Source: a virus (lineage: Duplodnaviria; Caudoviricetes). From it: a stretch of DNA of 48,049 nucleotides. The notes below the pieces were generated by a model that saw nothing but the letters and a program-made list of their open reading frames with translations, did not search any database and was not told the origin of the DNA. The stretch is taken from positions 1-48,049 of IMG/VR virus record IMGVR_UViG_3300037484_000103; one strand, given 5' to 3'. Both the position numbers and the translations under genes were made by a program. Of this stretch, positions 17,267-27,153 are shown piece by piece. The number at the start of each line of letters is the position of its first letter. The first letter of the stretch is position 1.

Positions 17267-19431
17267 TATTTCACCTCTCCATATTTCGCCCAGAAGTCCC
17301 CGTAGGTCGTCGGGTCCGGGAAGGTGCTGCCGTTCGTCACCGTAACCCGTGGCTTACCCCCACCCGTGACAAATGCCGGCACCGCCTCCAGCATCCACAT
17401 GACTTGAATAGCGGTGTACACGTCTACCTTGACGCCATGGCCGATAATCTTATTTGCCTTCGCCATCTCCAGCACGCTATCCACGCTGCTAACCGCCGTC
17501 ACCGTTTCCAAACTGGAGGGGTCCGCATAGCCCGTTGCCAGTTTGCAGCGCAATTTGAGCGTGCCGCAGCCGTCCATCCCGAAGTACATCGGCCCGCAGG
17601 CGTCGGCCAGCTCCTTGAGATGGTCCCATACCGAGGTAGTCGCCGGGATAAACACATAGGGATGCGTCACGTTCACCGCGTCCACGTCAAAGCCCACGGT
17701 GTCGTAGCTATCGTAATCCGCATCGTCGGCGCTCTCCACCGCAGCGGCCCCGTCGTTGTCATTGAGCACCCACCATGCTGGCGCCCGGTCGCCCTGTATC
17801 AACATCGCGCCGTCGACGGATAACGTCACATTTTCATTTAATCGAAAATAAGCAATCAATCTATCACTAGTCGAATCGCTTATGGTATGCGTGACCTCAA
17901 AACGTTTCCAACCTTCCCCGCCAGCCAAAACAATAATAGTTGTATTACCCGATTTCCAAACACCGCCAGCGCGTTCTTCTAGGCAGATATAACTCCCAGC
18001 ATTACTTATTGCATTTGCGCATTTGCAGAATATTGAAAAGTTGTAACTTTCACCCTTATTAAGTTTCTTTGTCCCGATGAATGTCACGGTTTGACTTGCT
18101 GCACAGGCGGCAGCAGCATAATCCAATTGTCCTTCATTACTACCGAATATCCCCCCCGCAGCACTGGCGAAGGTTGCCCCGGCCCCGCTCACCACCCAGC
18201 TATTCGCTATCGTCGCATTCTCAAAGCTGCTATTCGCCAAGTAGTTGTATACATCCTTCGACGTGGCCAGCCGGGCAATCAGGTGTACCAGGCTATCCGC
18301 CTCGGTGGCATCCGATAGCTTCTTTCCGGTGAAGGACCGGGAGCGCCGCTTCATCTCGCGGGCGATGTCCCCCACCCCGTCATCAGCGGATATCTCCACA
18401 ACGCTCAGACCGTCCACAACGGAATGCCGGCGGAAAAGGTTGTTGTCCAGCCGACCGATAAAGAATGGTTCCCAAGTTGTCCCGTACCAACTCTCGGCCT
18501 CTACTCGCGCTTGTTTCTGGAGGTACTTCTGCGCCGAGGTTCCGTTGAATTGCTCAGCGGTCGGGTCGAAGGCGGCATACTGATCATCCGCATATTCCCC
18601 GCCGTGAGAATGTAACTCCGCGAATAGCCGGTTCGCCCCCTGCGCCCCGTTACTCGGTTCCTCCACGCGACGCTCAATCCCAAGACTCCGCACATGGCGC
18701 TTGACATTACAGCGCGTGCGCCCGCAGCCCTCGCCGTTGAGGTTCCAAACGATTTCCTCTTCTTCGAGGTCACGGAATACATTCGCTACTTGTGCCGCCG
18801 TGGCTACTTTGTTCGGGTATAGTCGAACCTGGTTGACCGTCCAATCTCCGACAACCGCCGCCTCGTGCAGCAGAGAGAATAGCGGATACTCCATCCCCTT
18901 GGCGTCGATGTTCCCGCTCCACGCCGCGTCAACAGAAGCCTCGTTAATATAGAGCGCACTCCCCGCCGTACTCCCCGTGGTGGAATCGAAAGCGATGGCG
19001 ATGTTATGCCAGACCTGGAGACTGACGGTGGAAACATAGGCCGCACTGGCAAGCTCTCGCTCCGTGCCGCCGTCCTTCCAGATAGCCTTTATCTTATCGT
19101 CTGCGCTTTCGTAATACAGCAGGAAGTGGTTGTCCGCATCGACATACCACCCGGCCAGGGGTTGGTCCCCGGCTACATCATAAGCAAACGCGGGAAGACA
19201 GCGGATGAATAGCGTGAAGGTCGAGGGCATGGCAAGCACGTAATCCGCGCTGCCGCCCGTGAGATTGTGGCTACCCGGCTGGTTGTCGCCAGAGCCGATA
19301 AGGGTATAGGTGAGGTCGTCGTTGATTGGGGGATAGATATATTGCCGGAAGTCTATATAGGTTCGCTCGTACTTATAGGCAGATGTCTTCTCTTGTGCTT
19401 TCCATGCCGCGCCGATCCACTTGATTGCCAT
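17266..19431 (-). CDS. Tail tip/hub protein with LamG-like and CBM-like domains
   Basis: Directly after the tape measure; WH.IA..F...LYIN (LamG-like); NYL.N.SFE...W (CBM-like). Confidence 0.65.
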   Translation of the reverse strand: MAIKWIGAAWKAQEKTSAYKYERTYIDFRQYIYPPINDDLTYTLIGSGDNQPGSHNLTGGSADYVLAMPSTFTLFIRCLPAFAYDVAGDQPLAGWYVDADNHFLLYYESADDKIKAIWKDGGTERELASAAYVSTVSLQVWHNIAIAFDSTTGSTAGSALYINEASVDAAWSGNIDAKGMEYPLFSLLHEAAVVGDWTVNQVRLYPNKVATAAQVANVFRDLEEEEIVWNLNGEGCGRTRCNVKRHVRSLGIERRVEEPSNGAQGANRLFAELHSHGGEYADDQYAAFDPTAEQFNGTSAQKYLQKQARVEAESWYGTTWEPFFIGRLDNNLFRRHSVVDGLSVVEISADDGVGDIAREMKRRSRSFTGKKLSDATEADSLVHLIARLATSKDVYNYLANSSFENATIANSWVVSGAGATFASAAGGIFGSNEGQLDYAAAACAASQTVTFIGTKKLNKGESYNFSIFCKCANAISNAGSYICLEERAGGVWKSGNTTIIVLAGGEGWKRFEVTHTISDSTSDRLIAYFRLNENVTLSVDGAMLIQGDRAPAWWVLNDNDGAAAVESADDADYDSYDTVGFDVDAVNVTHPYVFIPATTSVWDHLKELADACGPMYFGMDGCGTLKLRCKLATGYADPSSLETVTAVSSVDSVLEMAKANKIIGHGVKVDVYTAIQVMWMLEAVPAFVTGGGKPRVTVTNGSTFPDPTTYGDFWAKYGEVK

Positions 19432-21158
19432 TACCAGCCGCGCCTCTGCCTAGCCAGCACCGCCCCGATGCGCCGGGCGATCCCCTCTTCCTCCATGACA
19501 GAGCCGTTAATCACGATGGTGAGATTGCCGCCCATGTTCCCCATCTTATTCAGCGGTATCACGGCCTCCGGGCCCGCCTCGCCTATCAGCGCAGTCGTTG
19601 GCTTCGTAACGATACCGCCCTCGGCCATGGCCCGCACTACGCCGGCTCCCACCATGGCGGCTAGGCCCGCAGCAGTCCAGGCGGCGGCGGCAGGGAAGTT
19701 GAGTGTAGCGGCGGCGGCAAGCGCCCGGACAAAAGCCTCTTTCGCCAGCATTTCTAGGACTGCGGCTATCGCATCCTTCGCCGCCTCCTTGAACATCTCC
19801 CAGCCCTTCTCCGAATCCTTGGCCATCATGCCGATAGCGTCAGAGAAGGGCCGAATCGCAGCTACGGCATTCGCGGCGGCGGCACGATATTTGTCCATCA
19901 ATTCGATCTGTTGTCGAATCACATCTTGCTGTTTCTGGAATGCGATTTCCGCCGTTTCGACTCTCTCTGCCAAATTATCTGTTTCTTCCGCCGCCTTTCT
20001 GGTAGAGGCAATCGCCGAGTCATTCCGATTTTCCATCGAGGCGATGTTCCCGGCCAAATGCCGGTACATCAGCGCAGCACGTTCTACCGCCGCAGCCCTC
20101 GCGTCTTCTCGGGCAGCAGATTTCTTGGCCTGTTCAATATTATCCGCTTCCACATTGGCTTGTTTTTCCAGAAGCGGGATCACTTGATGAATCATATTCA
20201 AACGGTCTTTGAGCAATTTAATCCGCGCTTCCTCTGTCCCCCGGTATCGCCCCTGTGTTTTCAGCAGTCCTTCCGTGCGCTTGATTTCCTCGTTGAGTGC
20301 CTCTACTGCATCCCTGGCCTTGGGGAGACTGGAGATTGCTTCCGCCATTCCGGCGTTAGTGAGAATGGATTTCGAAAAGCGCGTACCCCCAAGAGCATCA
20401 TTCATGCGCTGGAGTGTCGGAATTAAGCCCTCAATCATCGGACCGATTCCCTTAAGGAATACCTCGCCTGCGACTTCTTTCAAATCGCTGAGAGCATTCT
20501 GAAAGCGGACGACCTGGCCGGTGGTTGTGGTCCCGAGAGTTTGCGCCATCCCCCCGAACTTGTTATTTAGTTCGTTTGTGAGTTGAGTAAGCTTTGTTTG
20601 TTTGTCTGCGGTAGCGTCAATCTGGATGCCGTAGCGAGATAGGGCATTCGTGGAACTTCCAAGTGTCTTGCCTACCAGAGAGGCGGCGGTCTGGAGGTCT
20701 ACGCCCATGGCTGCCGCAAAATCCTGGACATGGGGGATGAGTTGCTTTAATCCACGCTCATCAAGATTCGCCAACTGCTGTAACATCGCCGCCGCAGAGA
20801 TGGTAACATCATCCGCAAACGTAGTTGTGCGCTGTAACTCGCTGGCGAGTCTGCCTATACTCTTCGCGGAAATCAGTCCTTCGTTTCCGGTAGCCTTGAT
20901 TGCGGCGCGGAGTTTCGCCTCGGCGGTTTCCTGTTTTTGGTATTCTACGATGGAGCTCTTAATGGCATTCGCAAGTTGATGAAAGCCAAAGATGATTCCG
21001 CCGGCGGCAAGCAAAGACTTGCCGAATTGCATAAGCCGATCCTGAAGATGGGCAGAACGGGTACGGGCATCATCCGCCGAAGAAGAAAAACGCTTCAAAT
21101 TGGAAACAGCGTTTTCCACTTCGGCCTTGATGATTAGTTTCAACTCTTCGGCAATCAC
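19431..21158 (-). CDS. Tail tape measure protein
   Basis: EELKLIIKA N-terminus; helical Ala-rich body; AEGGIVTKPT.ALIGEAGPEAVIPL C-terminus; GTG at 21158 preferred. Confidence 0.9.
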   Translation of the reverse strand: MIAEELKLIIKAEVENAVSNLKRFSSSADDARTRSAHLQDRLMQFGKSLLAAGGIIFGFHQLANAIKSSIVEYQKQETAEAKLRAAIKATGNEGLISAKSIGRLASELQRTTTFADDVTISAAAMLQQLANLDERGLKQLIPHVQDFAAAMGVDLQTAASLVGKTLGSSTNALSRYGIQIDATADKQTKLTQLTNELNNKFGGMAQTLGTTTTGQVVRFQNALSDLKEVAGEVFLKGIGPMIEGLIPTLQRMNDALGGTRFSKSILTNAGMAEAISSLPKARDAVEALNEEIKRTEGLLKTQGRYRGTEEARIKLLKDRLNMIHQVIPLLEKQANVEADNIEQAKKSAAREDARAAAVERAALMYRHLAGNIASMENRNDSAIASTRKAAEETDNLAERVETAEIAFQKQQDVIRQQIELMDKYRAAAANAVAAIRPFSDAIGMMAKDSEKGWEMFKEAAKDAIAAVLEMLAKEAFVRALAAAATLNFPAAAAWTAAGLAAMVGAGVVRAMAEGGIVTKPTTALIGEAGPEAVIPLNKMGNMGGNLTIVINGSVMEEEGIARRIGAVLARQRRGW

Positions 21159-21861
21159 TTCTTTTTTCTCCCGCGCACCGGATGCATTTTCCCCTGCGCC
21201 GCCTGCTTCGCATTCTGCCAAGCTGTATGCTCGTTCTCGAAGAGCCGGATAATCTCGATGATCTGCGCCGGCTGTCGTGCATAGCCCCCAGCATAGGGAA
21301 GCCCAAATCGCTTGTAGTCCGACCAGATACGGAATGCCCGGGCAAAATCCTCGGTGAAGTAATTCTCGATATCCCGCCGCCGGACCGCATGCCCCCCCAA
21401 CACGTCCTTACGATTGAGGGGCTGTGTCCGCATTCCCTTGATCGTTTCTTCCTCGGCGTAGCCTTCCGCCCAAGCGTGGAAGGCTATCCTCAGTTTTTTA
21501 AGTCGGCCTCCGTTAGCCCGCGCTTGATCTCGGCCACTACCTCAGTAATGAGGCTATACATCCCGGGGATCTCGGCTACCTTCTTGGGGTCCGCAATCTC
21601 CGCCCCGTTCTCGTCCTGTAGGCCGTTCACTTTCTTGACACATACCCGCCAGATATCATTCGCATGGATATCATAGTTGACGGCAATCTCCTGTGTCTTC
21701 CCATCGGCCATGTTGTAGACGGGCCGGATCAAAGAAAACCGCTCCTCCTCCTCGCTGGTCATAAAGCGGTATTCCACTTTGACCTGTTCCGATTCCGGGA
21801 GCGAGCGGTTGCCGTTCCAATTCGGGACATAGATATCTGTGCGCGAGAGTTTAATCTTCAC
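21155..21861 (-). CDS. Tail assembly chaperone, -1 frameshift (G-T-like) long form
   Basis: A AAA AAC slippery site at 21499..21493; the -1 frame reads KKLRIAFHAW... into ORF 21155..21433 (LPYAGGY..QP). Confidence 0.75.
21490..21861 (-). CDS. Tail assembly chaperone (short form)
   Basis: Between tube and tape measure; ends LKN*. Confidence 0.8.
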   Translation of the reverse strand: MKIKLSRTDIYVPNWNGNRSLPESEQVKVEYRFMTSEEEERFSLIRPVYNMADGKTQEIAVNYDIHANDIWRVCVKKVNGLQDENGAEIADPKKVAEIPGMYSLITEVVAEIKRGLTEADLKN

Positions 21862-22042
21862 GTTCCATCCTTTCTAATAGTCTATGCAATCCACATGTTC
21901 TGAAAACGTTCCTCACCCATGGCTTGATAACGACACTCCGCATCGGATAGCCATGGGCGTTTAGAGTATCTACCTTGACGCGCTCGAACCATCTCAGGGG
22001 ATACCGTCCGAGGTATTCCCAGAATGAGGATTCGTAACTCAC
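21851..22042 (-). CDS. Small hypothetical inserted in the tail operon
   Basis: Coupled overlaps at both ends. Confidence 0.45.
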   Translation of the reverse strand: MSYESSFWEYLGRYPLRWFERVKVDTLNAHGYPMRSVVIKPWVRNVFRTCGLHRLLERMERED

Positions 22043-22440
22043 ATCGTGCTCACGCCGCCGTTGAATTGGAGATTGGCGGAGAAGGTCTGCACCCCGTCTA
22101 CGGGGACGCCGATAGTAACCCCGGTTACAATCGCATTCCCCTCATAGCCGGCGTTCGCACCCGTACCATATTTCAACTTAATTGCCACCTGCGCGGGCGT
22201 GCGGGTGCTCATGCCGTTGAGGAATAGATTCCTCTGGCCGGTGGAATCTTCCTCGAAATACCCGCTTACCGTGGCCGTCGCGCTCCGCAGGCCAGGAACA
22301 AAGGCCCGATCCCAGCCGTCCCCAAACGCGGTTGTTTCCAGCGCATCCTCTACCATGCTCAATTCCCAGTTGGTTATCCGGGCGAGAGTATCATTCGTAG
22401 AGGAAACAACATCCCCATCTTTTCCGTAATTGATTGCCAT
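22039..22440 (-). CDS. Tail tube protein paralogue 2
   Basis: MAINYGKDG...WELS...LE.TAF...GLR.AT.T.SGY...DG.QT.S.NLQF.G. Confidence 0.8.
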   Translation of the reverse strand: MAINYGKDGDVVSSTNDTLARITNWELSMVEDALETTAFGDGWDRAFVPGLRSATATVSGYFEEDSTGQRNLFLNGMSTRTPAQVAIKLKYGTGANAGYEGNAIVTGVTIGVPVDGVQTFSANLQFNGGVSTM

Positions 22441-22450
22441 GCTTTACTCC

Positions 22451-22876
22451 TTAGCTTGAAGCGGCAGTGGTATGCACTCCGCCGTCGAATTGCAGATTCC
22501 CGCTAATCGTCTGTAGTCCGTCAACTGCGTTGCCCAGCGTGATTCCCGTCAGGACCGCCCCGCCGGCAAAACCCGCGAACGTCTCCGAGGTCAGGTAGTA
22601 GTAGAATAGACTCGCCGCTACCGTGGAGGGCGTACCCGTGCTCAACAGGTAGGATAGGGCTTGATATTGCCCCGTGCTGGTGTCCTCGTAGTACCCGGAG
22701 AAAGTCGCCGTAGCATTCCGCAATCCTGCAACGAAGGAACGGTCAAACGGGGTCGTGCTGCTGAATGCGGTTATCTCCAGCGCATCGTCAGCAACGCTCA
22801 ACTCCCAACTGTTGACGAATAGCATCTTCTCCCCGGCAAGATGCAAGTACCCGTCTTTCCCATAATTTATAGCCAT
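22451..22876 (-). CDS. Tail tube protein paralogue 1
   Basis: Same motifs as 22039..22440. Confidence 0.8.
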   Translation of the reverse strand: MAINYGKDGYLHLAGEKMLFVNSWELSVADDALEITAFSSTTPFDRSFVAGLRNATATFSGYYEDTSTGQYQALSYLLSTGTPSTVAASLFYYYLTSETFAGFAGGAVLTGITLGNAVDGLQTISGNLQFDGGVHTTAASS

Positions 22877-22888
22877 CGCTTCACCTCA

Positions 22889-23302
22889 CTAACTCGCGTC
22901 GATATAGATAGGCAGCACGTCGATGCTTGCCTGGTACACGTTTTCATCCGGGTCGCGCAGGAGAACGGTCCCGCCCACGTCGAGCTTGTGGACCGTGATT
23001 CCGTCCATGCTCCCGGAGTAGAACCGCAACCGCTTGCGGATTTTGTGGGCTATCTCCAGGGCGTTGAAACGGTCATCGTCGTACACGCTAATCTGGATTC
23101 GGGGCTGCCCGCTGTTAGCTTCCCCGAAAGCGAATGGCATATGCTGGTCGCTGACTGTATGCAGCACAGCATAAGGCTTTGCGGTTGCCGGTTCGGCCTC
23201 GGCGAAGAACACCTTCTTCCCCAGTTCGGCGTAGACTTCCGAAGAGCTGGACGAGCTGCGTAACAGCGTCACAAGGGCCTGCTCGATATAGCTACTGGCC
23301 AC
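22889..23302 (-). CDS. Tail terminator/completion protein (DUF3168-like)
   Basis: PYAV...S; RIQIS.Y...A..I...L; position. Confidence 0.75.
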   Translation of the reverse strand: MASSYIEQALVTLLRSSSSSSEVYAELGKKVFFAEAEPATAKPYAVLHTVSDQHMPFAFGEANSGQPRIQISVYDDDRFNALEIAHKIRKRLRFYSGSMDGITVHKLDVGGTVLLRDPDENVYQASIDVLPIYIDAS

Positions 23303-23684
23303 GGCGTTGTAACTCCTTGCTTATCTCTTGGGCATAAGCCATATCGACATTCACCCGCTGAATATCCAAAGCCGCACGGAGATAAGATTGGGCTGCCATC
23401 CGGCGAGTCCCGTACTCCACATATGGCGCATATTCAACATTCGTCCCAACGTGGAGCGTGTAGTCATCGGTCGGCGAACTCACCCCGTCATCGGCCCCCG
23501 CTTCTCCGCTGGGATTCGATCGCACCGATTGCGTAGCGTAGGTAATGCTTCCCTTGAGCCGACCCGTGTCCACAGGCACAAGCCGCACCGCCTGGCCCTC
23601 GATGATAATCCCGGCCTTCACCAGTCCCCGGCGGGCCGCCGCAAGCATCGCATCATCCCATTTGATTTTCGTCCACCCGCTCAT
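23292..23684 (-). CDS. HK97 gp10-like neck protein
   Basis: PVDTGRL..SI; VGTNVEYAPYVEYGT..M.AQ.YLR.A. Confidence 0.85.
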   Translation of the reverse strand: MSGWTKIKWDDAMLAAARRGLVKAGIIIEGQAVRLVPVDTGRLKGSITYATQSVRSNPSGEAGADDGVSSPTDDYTLHVGTNVEYAPYVEYGTRRMAAQSYLRAALDIQRVNVDMAYAQEISKELQRRGQ

Positions 23685-23998
23685 AGCGATATCTTCTTGA
23701 GCAGGCATAGCAGATGGTGGCCACGGTCCAATGTGTTCTTTACGAACGTCACGTCAAAGCTGCTTCCGTTCCACCGCACCCGGTCGTGCTCTGAGATGCT
23801 CACCGTAGACCCACAAAAAAGCTTGTAATCCGCCCGTGGCGTCTCCTTATCATTCCGTATCAGGATCGCCCCGGAGTTGGGGTTGACCGCCGCCGAGAAG
23901 GTCGTCGGCGAGGTGCTCCACCCCGGCTCGCTCCAACCGTCCGTGCTGGTCGTGGGAGACACAAGCACCACGGATTCGGTGTAATAGTCGCTTATCAC
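23681..23998 (-). CDS. Head closure/stopper protein
   Basis: Size, position and I...DRV...G..F.V..V...HH pattern. Confidence 0.7.
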   Translation of the reverse strand: MISDYYTESVVLVSPTTSTDGWSEPGWSTSPTTFSAAVNPNSGAILIRNDKETPRADYKLFCGSTVSISEHDRVRWNGSSFDVTFVKNTLDRGHHLLCLLKKISL

Positions 23999-24675
23999 GA
24001 ATAGATTCTCCGCAGTTTCGCCATCGCCCGGATCGCGCCCTCGTACTGGTACATCTCCTGTACGCTGGCATCCACTTTCGCCCTCGCCTGAGTCATGCCC
24101 TTCTGGAACTCCATACCCATCTTGCGAATCTCGGTGAGCATCGTGCTCTCGGTATCGTAGCCATACAAGAACTTGGCGCTACAGATAGAGCTCCGGTCAG
24201 GGATCACAACGACAATCCCCATGCCATTAGCCACACCGACCCAATACTCCATCGACTGCCGCTGATTCCCATATTCCTCATCCGCCGCCATGTGGACCCC
24301 GAAGAGCGCGATCTGCTCCCACCCGCCCACGTACAACGCATAGGCCAGCATGAAAGCTATCGTGCTGGTGAAGTATCTGGCGCCGGCCATACCCTTAACC
24401 TGATAATGTGCAATCATACCCTCCAGGGGTAATGCCTCGCTCAAAGGGACTTCCTCGTACTTGCGCTGCATGACCACGGGTACCTTCGCCTCATTCATGC
24501 GCTTCACGGTTTCCTTGTCCTGCCATACGGGCCGGTCGTGCAGCTCAAAGATACGATCCACTCGCTTGCAGGCAGGATAGGTAATCGCCGGCTGGCAGGC
24601 CCATACCGTCCAGTTCTTGTCGTCAAATGGAGCCTGCGCCATACTGTCAGCGGTCCCGAGGATTATGAGTTTCAA
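23995..24675 (-). CDS. Putative sialyltransferase-fold (GT42 Cst-II/Maf-like) glycosyltransferase, paralogue 2
   Basis: N-terminal IILGT..S...AP; FTSTIAFMLAYA...G.EQI.LFGV.M; EEY..QR...EYW.G. Confidence 0.6.
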   Translation of the reverse strand: MKLIILGTADSMAQAPFDDKNWTVWACQPAITYPACKRVDRIFELHDRPVWQDKETVKRMNEAKVPVVMQRKYEEVPLSEALPLEGMIAHYQVKGMAGARYFTSTIAFMLAYALYVGGWEQIALFGVHMAADEEYGNQRQSMEYWVGVANGMGIVVVIPDRSSICSAKFLYGYDTESTMLTEIRKMGMEFQKGMTQARAKVDASVQEMYQYEGAIRAMAKLRRIYS

Positions 24676-25277
24676 ATGAGTATCGCCCTCCTATATGGCC
24701 TCAACCCTGAGATCACCCGCTCGGGATAGGCATGTTGCCCAGCATACGTCACTGAGTAGTCGTCTATCCGTTCGCTCTGCACATCGCCCTGTTTCGGCTT
24801 ATCCAACAGATACCAGGCCATCTTAGCCGCAATCGGCTTCACCGCCCGGGGCCACTTGATCCGGGCAATCAATAGCGGCCCCACAGTGTTGTAAGACGCA
24901 TCCGGGTCTTGACTCTCAATCTCTCCCGTGGAGGTGAGCGTCAAGGTGTCTGTGCTCACGGCGGCCAGGCTGTAGATTTCCTCATTTGACCCGCCGGCCA
25001 CCACGATATCCATCCCCGCGCGAAAGCCGCTTGTGGAAAATCGGTCCTCGCCATCCGTGATCGTGTCCGGCGAAGTGGAAGAAGTCAGCGTGCTCCCGCG
25101 AACAAATGCCACCGATCCGTTGTCATGCACATAGACCACAGTATCCGCGAAGTAGTTATTGCAGTAGGCACAAACGTCCCGTTCCACATACGGAATCATC
25201 GCCGTGAGTTTGGCGTCATAGCTGTTATCTGCTATGCCCAAAATCTCTTTGCATTCGTCAACCGTAAGTAGCGCCAT
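24672..25277 (-). CDS. Head-tail adaptor (gp6/gp15-like) with inserted S/T-rich beta domain
   Basis: LLT..E.K..LGI...YD..L...YCNN.F; SE.I.DYSVTY...L.PY.R. Confidence 0.75.
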   Translation of the reverse strand: MALLTVDECKEILGIADNSYDAKLTAMIPYVERDVCAYCNNYFADTVVYVHDNGSVAFVRGSTLTSSTSPDTITDGEDRFSTSGFRAGMDIVVAGGSNEEIYSLAAVSTDTLTLTSTGEIESQDPDASYNTVGPLLIARIKWPRAVKPIAAKMAWYLLDKPKQGDVQSERIDDYSVTYAGQHAYPERVISGLRPYRRAILI

Positions 25278-25618
25278 TAGAGCACCGCCTGTAGATTCTG
25301 CACCGTGAATCGGACCTGCTCATTTAACGGGAGGTCGCTTCCTTCGGTGGAGTCATAGATTGCCTTCACCGTGAGAATCAGGGAACGATCCCGCCCATGG
25401 GGACAGCGCAAGTCGTCTCCTGAGAGCAGAATGTCGATGGACTCTGCCGGAACGAGAACCGCCTCATCTTCTCGGCTATTGACGATATTCCCCGCCGCGT
25501 CGGTGAGCGTCCAGGTAATCGTGTTCGGGACAACCGCAACACCCGCCGCATCCGTAAAGCTGGCCGTGATGATATAGGTGGATTGTTCTACCGCTTTTGT
25601 CGTCAGGACCGTAGGCAT
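25277..25618 (-). CDS. Ig-like virion accessory protein
   Basis: F.D..G....P....W...D beta-sandwich-like pattern in the structural operon. Confidence 0.5.
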   Translation of the reverse strand: MPTVLTTKAVEQSTYIITASFTDAAGVAVVPNTITWTLTDAAGNIVNSREDEAVLVPAESIDILLSGDDLRCPHGRDRSLILTVKAIYDSTEGSDLPLNEQVRFTVQNLQAVL

Positions 25619-25627
25619 ACGCTCTCC

Positions 25628-26128
25628 TTAAGTGGAGGTATCATCCGACCCAACGAAGGTGTAGGTGACAATCACCTTGTCCCCCGAGTCCCCTTCCTTC
25701 GCCCCGCCCGTGAATGGCGCCCCGGACATGAGGATTCCCGCCGTGCTGCCTATGGTATTACTGGAACAAAGGAAAGCACCCTCAACCGTGGTGCCATCTT
25801 TGTTAATGGTAAACGTGCTTTTTGCGGCGGAGTTTGTCAGCGTGTTCGCGCTGCGCGTCTCAACATAAATCGGGCGGTTAGCATTACTGATTTCCGTGGC
25901 CTCGGAAATATTGCCCATGGTATACGTCGATGTAATAACCGTAGAGGCCATCAGCCCGGTATACCACGGGCTAATATAGGTATCCCCGGTAAAGCCCACA
26001 TCGAGCAGATATTGGATACCCTGATTCACGACCTTGTTATGAGCAATCCGTTTCCACTTCAGCCGACCAGTATTCTTCTCATAGCATTCCGCCACGAAAA
26101 TCCCACCGAACCTAACTCCTGATTTCAT
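25628..26128 (-). CDS. Virion structural protein (fibre/collar base-like), S/T-rich
   Basis: W....HN.VVN.G...LL..F; GAFL; GD...VTY pattern. Confidence 0.6.
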   Translation of the reverse strand: MKSGVRFGGIFVAECYEKNTGRLKWKRIAHNKVVNQGIQYLLDVGFTGDTYISPWYTGLMASTVITSTYTMGNISEATEISNANRPIYVETRSANTLTNSAAKSTFTINKDGTTVEGAFLCSSNTIGSTAGILMSGAPFTGGAKEGDSGDKVIVTYTFVGSDDTST

Positions 26129-27153
26129 TATCCGTCTCCTTCTATCGACATTCCGGGTTGCCCCGTTCCAAAATCTACCCCCGGCTCATCCGCCCCGAAT
26201 CCTGTACCTGGGCCCGTCCCCAAGAATCCTGCCCCGGGATTTCTTACCGTGAACGTCAACCCCGCGCCCTTCACCCCGATGCTGATATTCAGCAGTCCCG
26301 TAGCCGGACGATTCGACCCTGGCCGATCCCTGAACTTCACCCCATCGGAAAGCGAAGTAAAGTAATGTAGGATGCGAGTAACTAGATCCCCGAATCGCAC
26401 CCCGTCCGCTAAAGACACCTGCCAGGTCATCGTAATGTCCCCGGCGTCCCCGAACTTAATCTCATCGGCGGTGCGGGCCAGCATCTCCGCCGCCGCCAGC
26501 GCCCCGTCTCCTAGTTTCAAGCCATCGGTTACGAATACATCCGCGTCGCCAGAGAAAAGAACCACGTCCCCGAAGCGAACGCCATCCAGAGCTCCCGGAT
26601 ACCAGATCGCCCCCGCAGCTCCGGCTTCTCCGAACTTTACTCCGTCCTGCGCGGTGGCATACTGCGCGAGGATGGTATAGGCCGCATCCCCGACCTTGAT
26701 CCCGTCCACCGCAACCGTGAAGGAATGGACCTGCTTCCCGATTCCATCCCCGAGCCGTATCCCGTCACCAGATAGTGTCTGCCAGACCGCGTTCATCCGG
26801 GAGACTTCGCCGAACTTTATCCCGTCGATAACCTCCCCGCTAATACTGCTGGTTTCAAGAATGGCATCTGTGATATCGCCAAGTTTGATTCCTTCGAGGA
26901 TAGCGGAAATAATTTCTCTTAGACCCGCCCCTATCTCTCCGAATTTCACTCCATCCAGAACCGTCCCCTGGTACTCTCCTGTTCCTCCATTTAATTCGCC
27001 GAATCGGATACCATCAATTACAGACACTTCGTGAGTAGTAATTCCCCCGCCGAAAATAAAAACATTATGAAGATAAGCGTCTACTTCAGCTCCACCAACG
27101 GGAGTTCCCGGGAGAAAGGCATCCCTGAGATAGACGTCTACCTGATAGGCCAT
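26128..27153 (-). CDS. Fibrous repeat protein with 12 x 20-aa DGxxFG(D/E) repeats
   Basis: Repeats counted directly in the translation. Confidence 0.7.
   Translation of the reverse strand: MAYQVDVYLRDAFLPGTPVGGAEVDAYLHNVFIFGGGITTHEVSVIDGIRFGELNGGTGEYQGTVLDGVKFGEIGAGLREIISAILEGIKLGDITDAILETSSISGEVIDGIKFGEVSRMNAVWQTLSGDGIRLGDGIGKQVHSFTVAVDGIKVGDAAYTILAQYATAQDGVKFGEAGAAGAIWYPGALDGVRFGDVVLFSGDADVFVTDGLKLGDGALAAAEMLARTADEIKFGDAGDITMTWQVSLADGVRFGDLVTRILHYFTSLSDGVKFRDRPGSNRPATGLLNISIGVKGAGLTFTVRNPGAGFLGTGPGTGFGADEPGVDFGTGQPGMSIEGDG

Noticed and set aside
26128-27153. 60-bp periodicity as a CRISPR array
   Set aside because: Repeats are degenerate at DNA level and conserved only as protein; no cas genes
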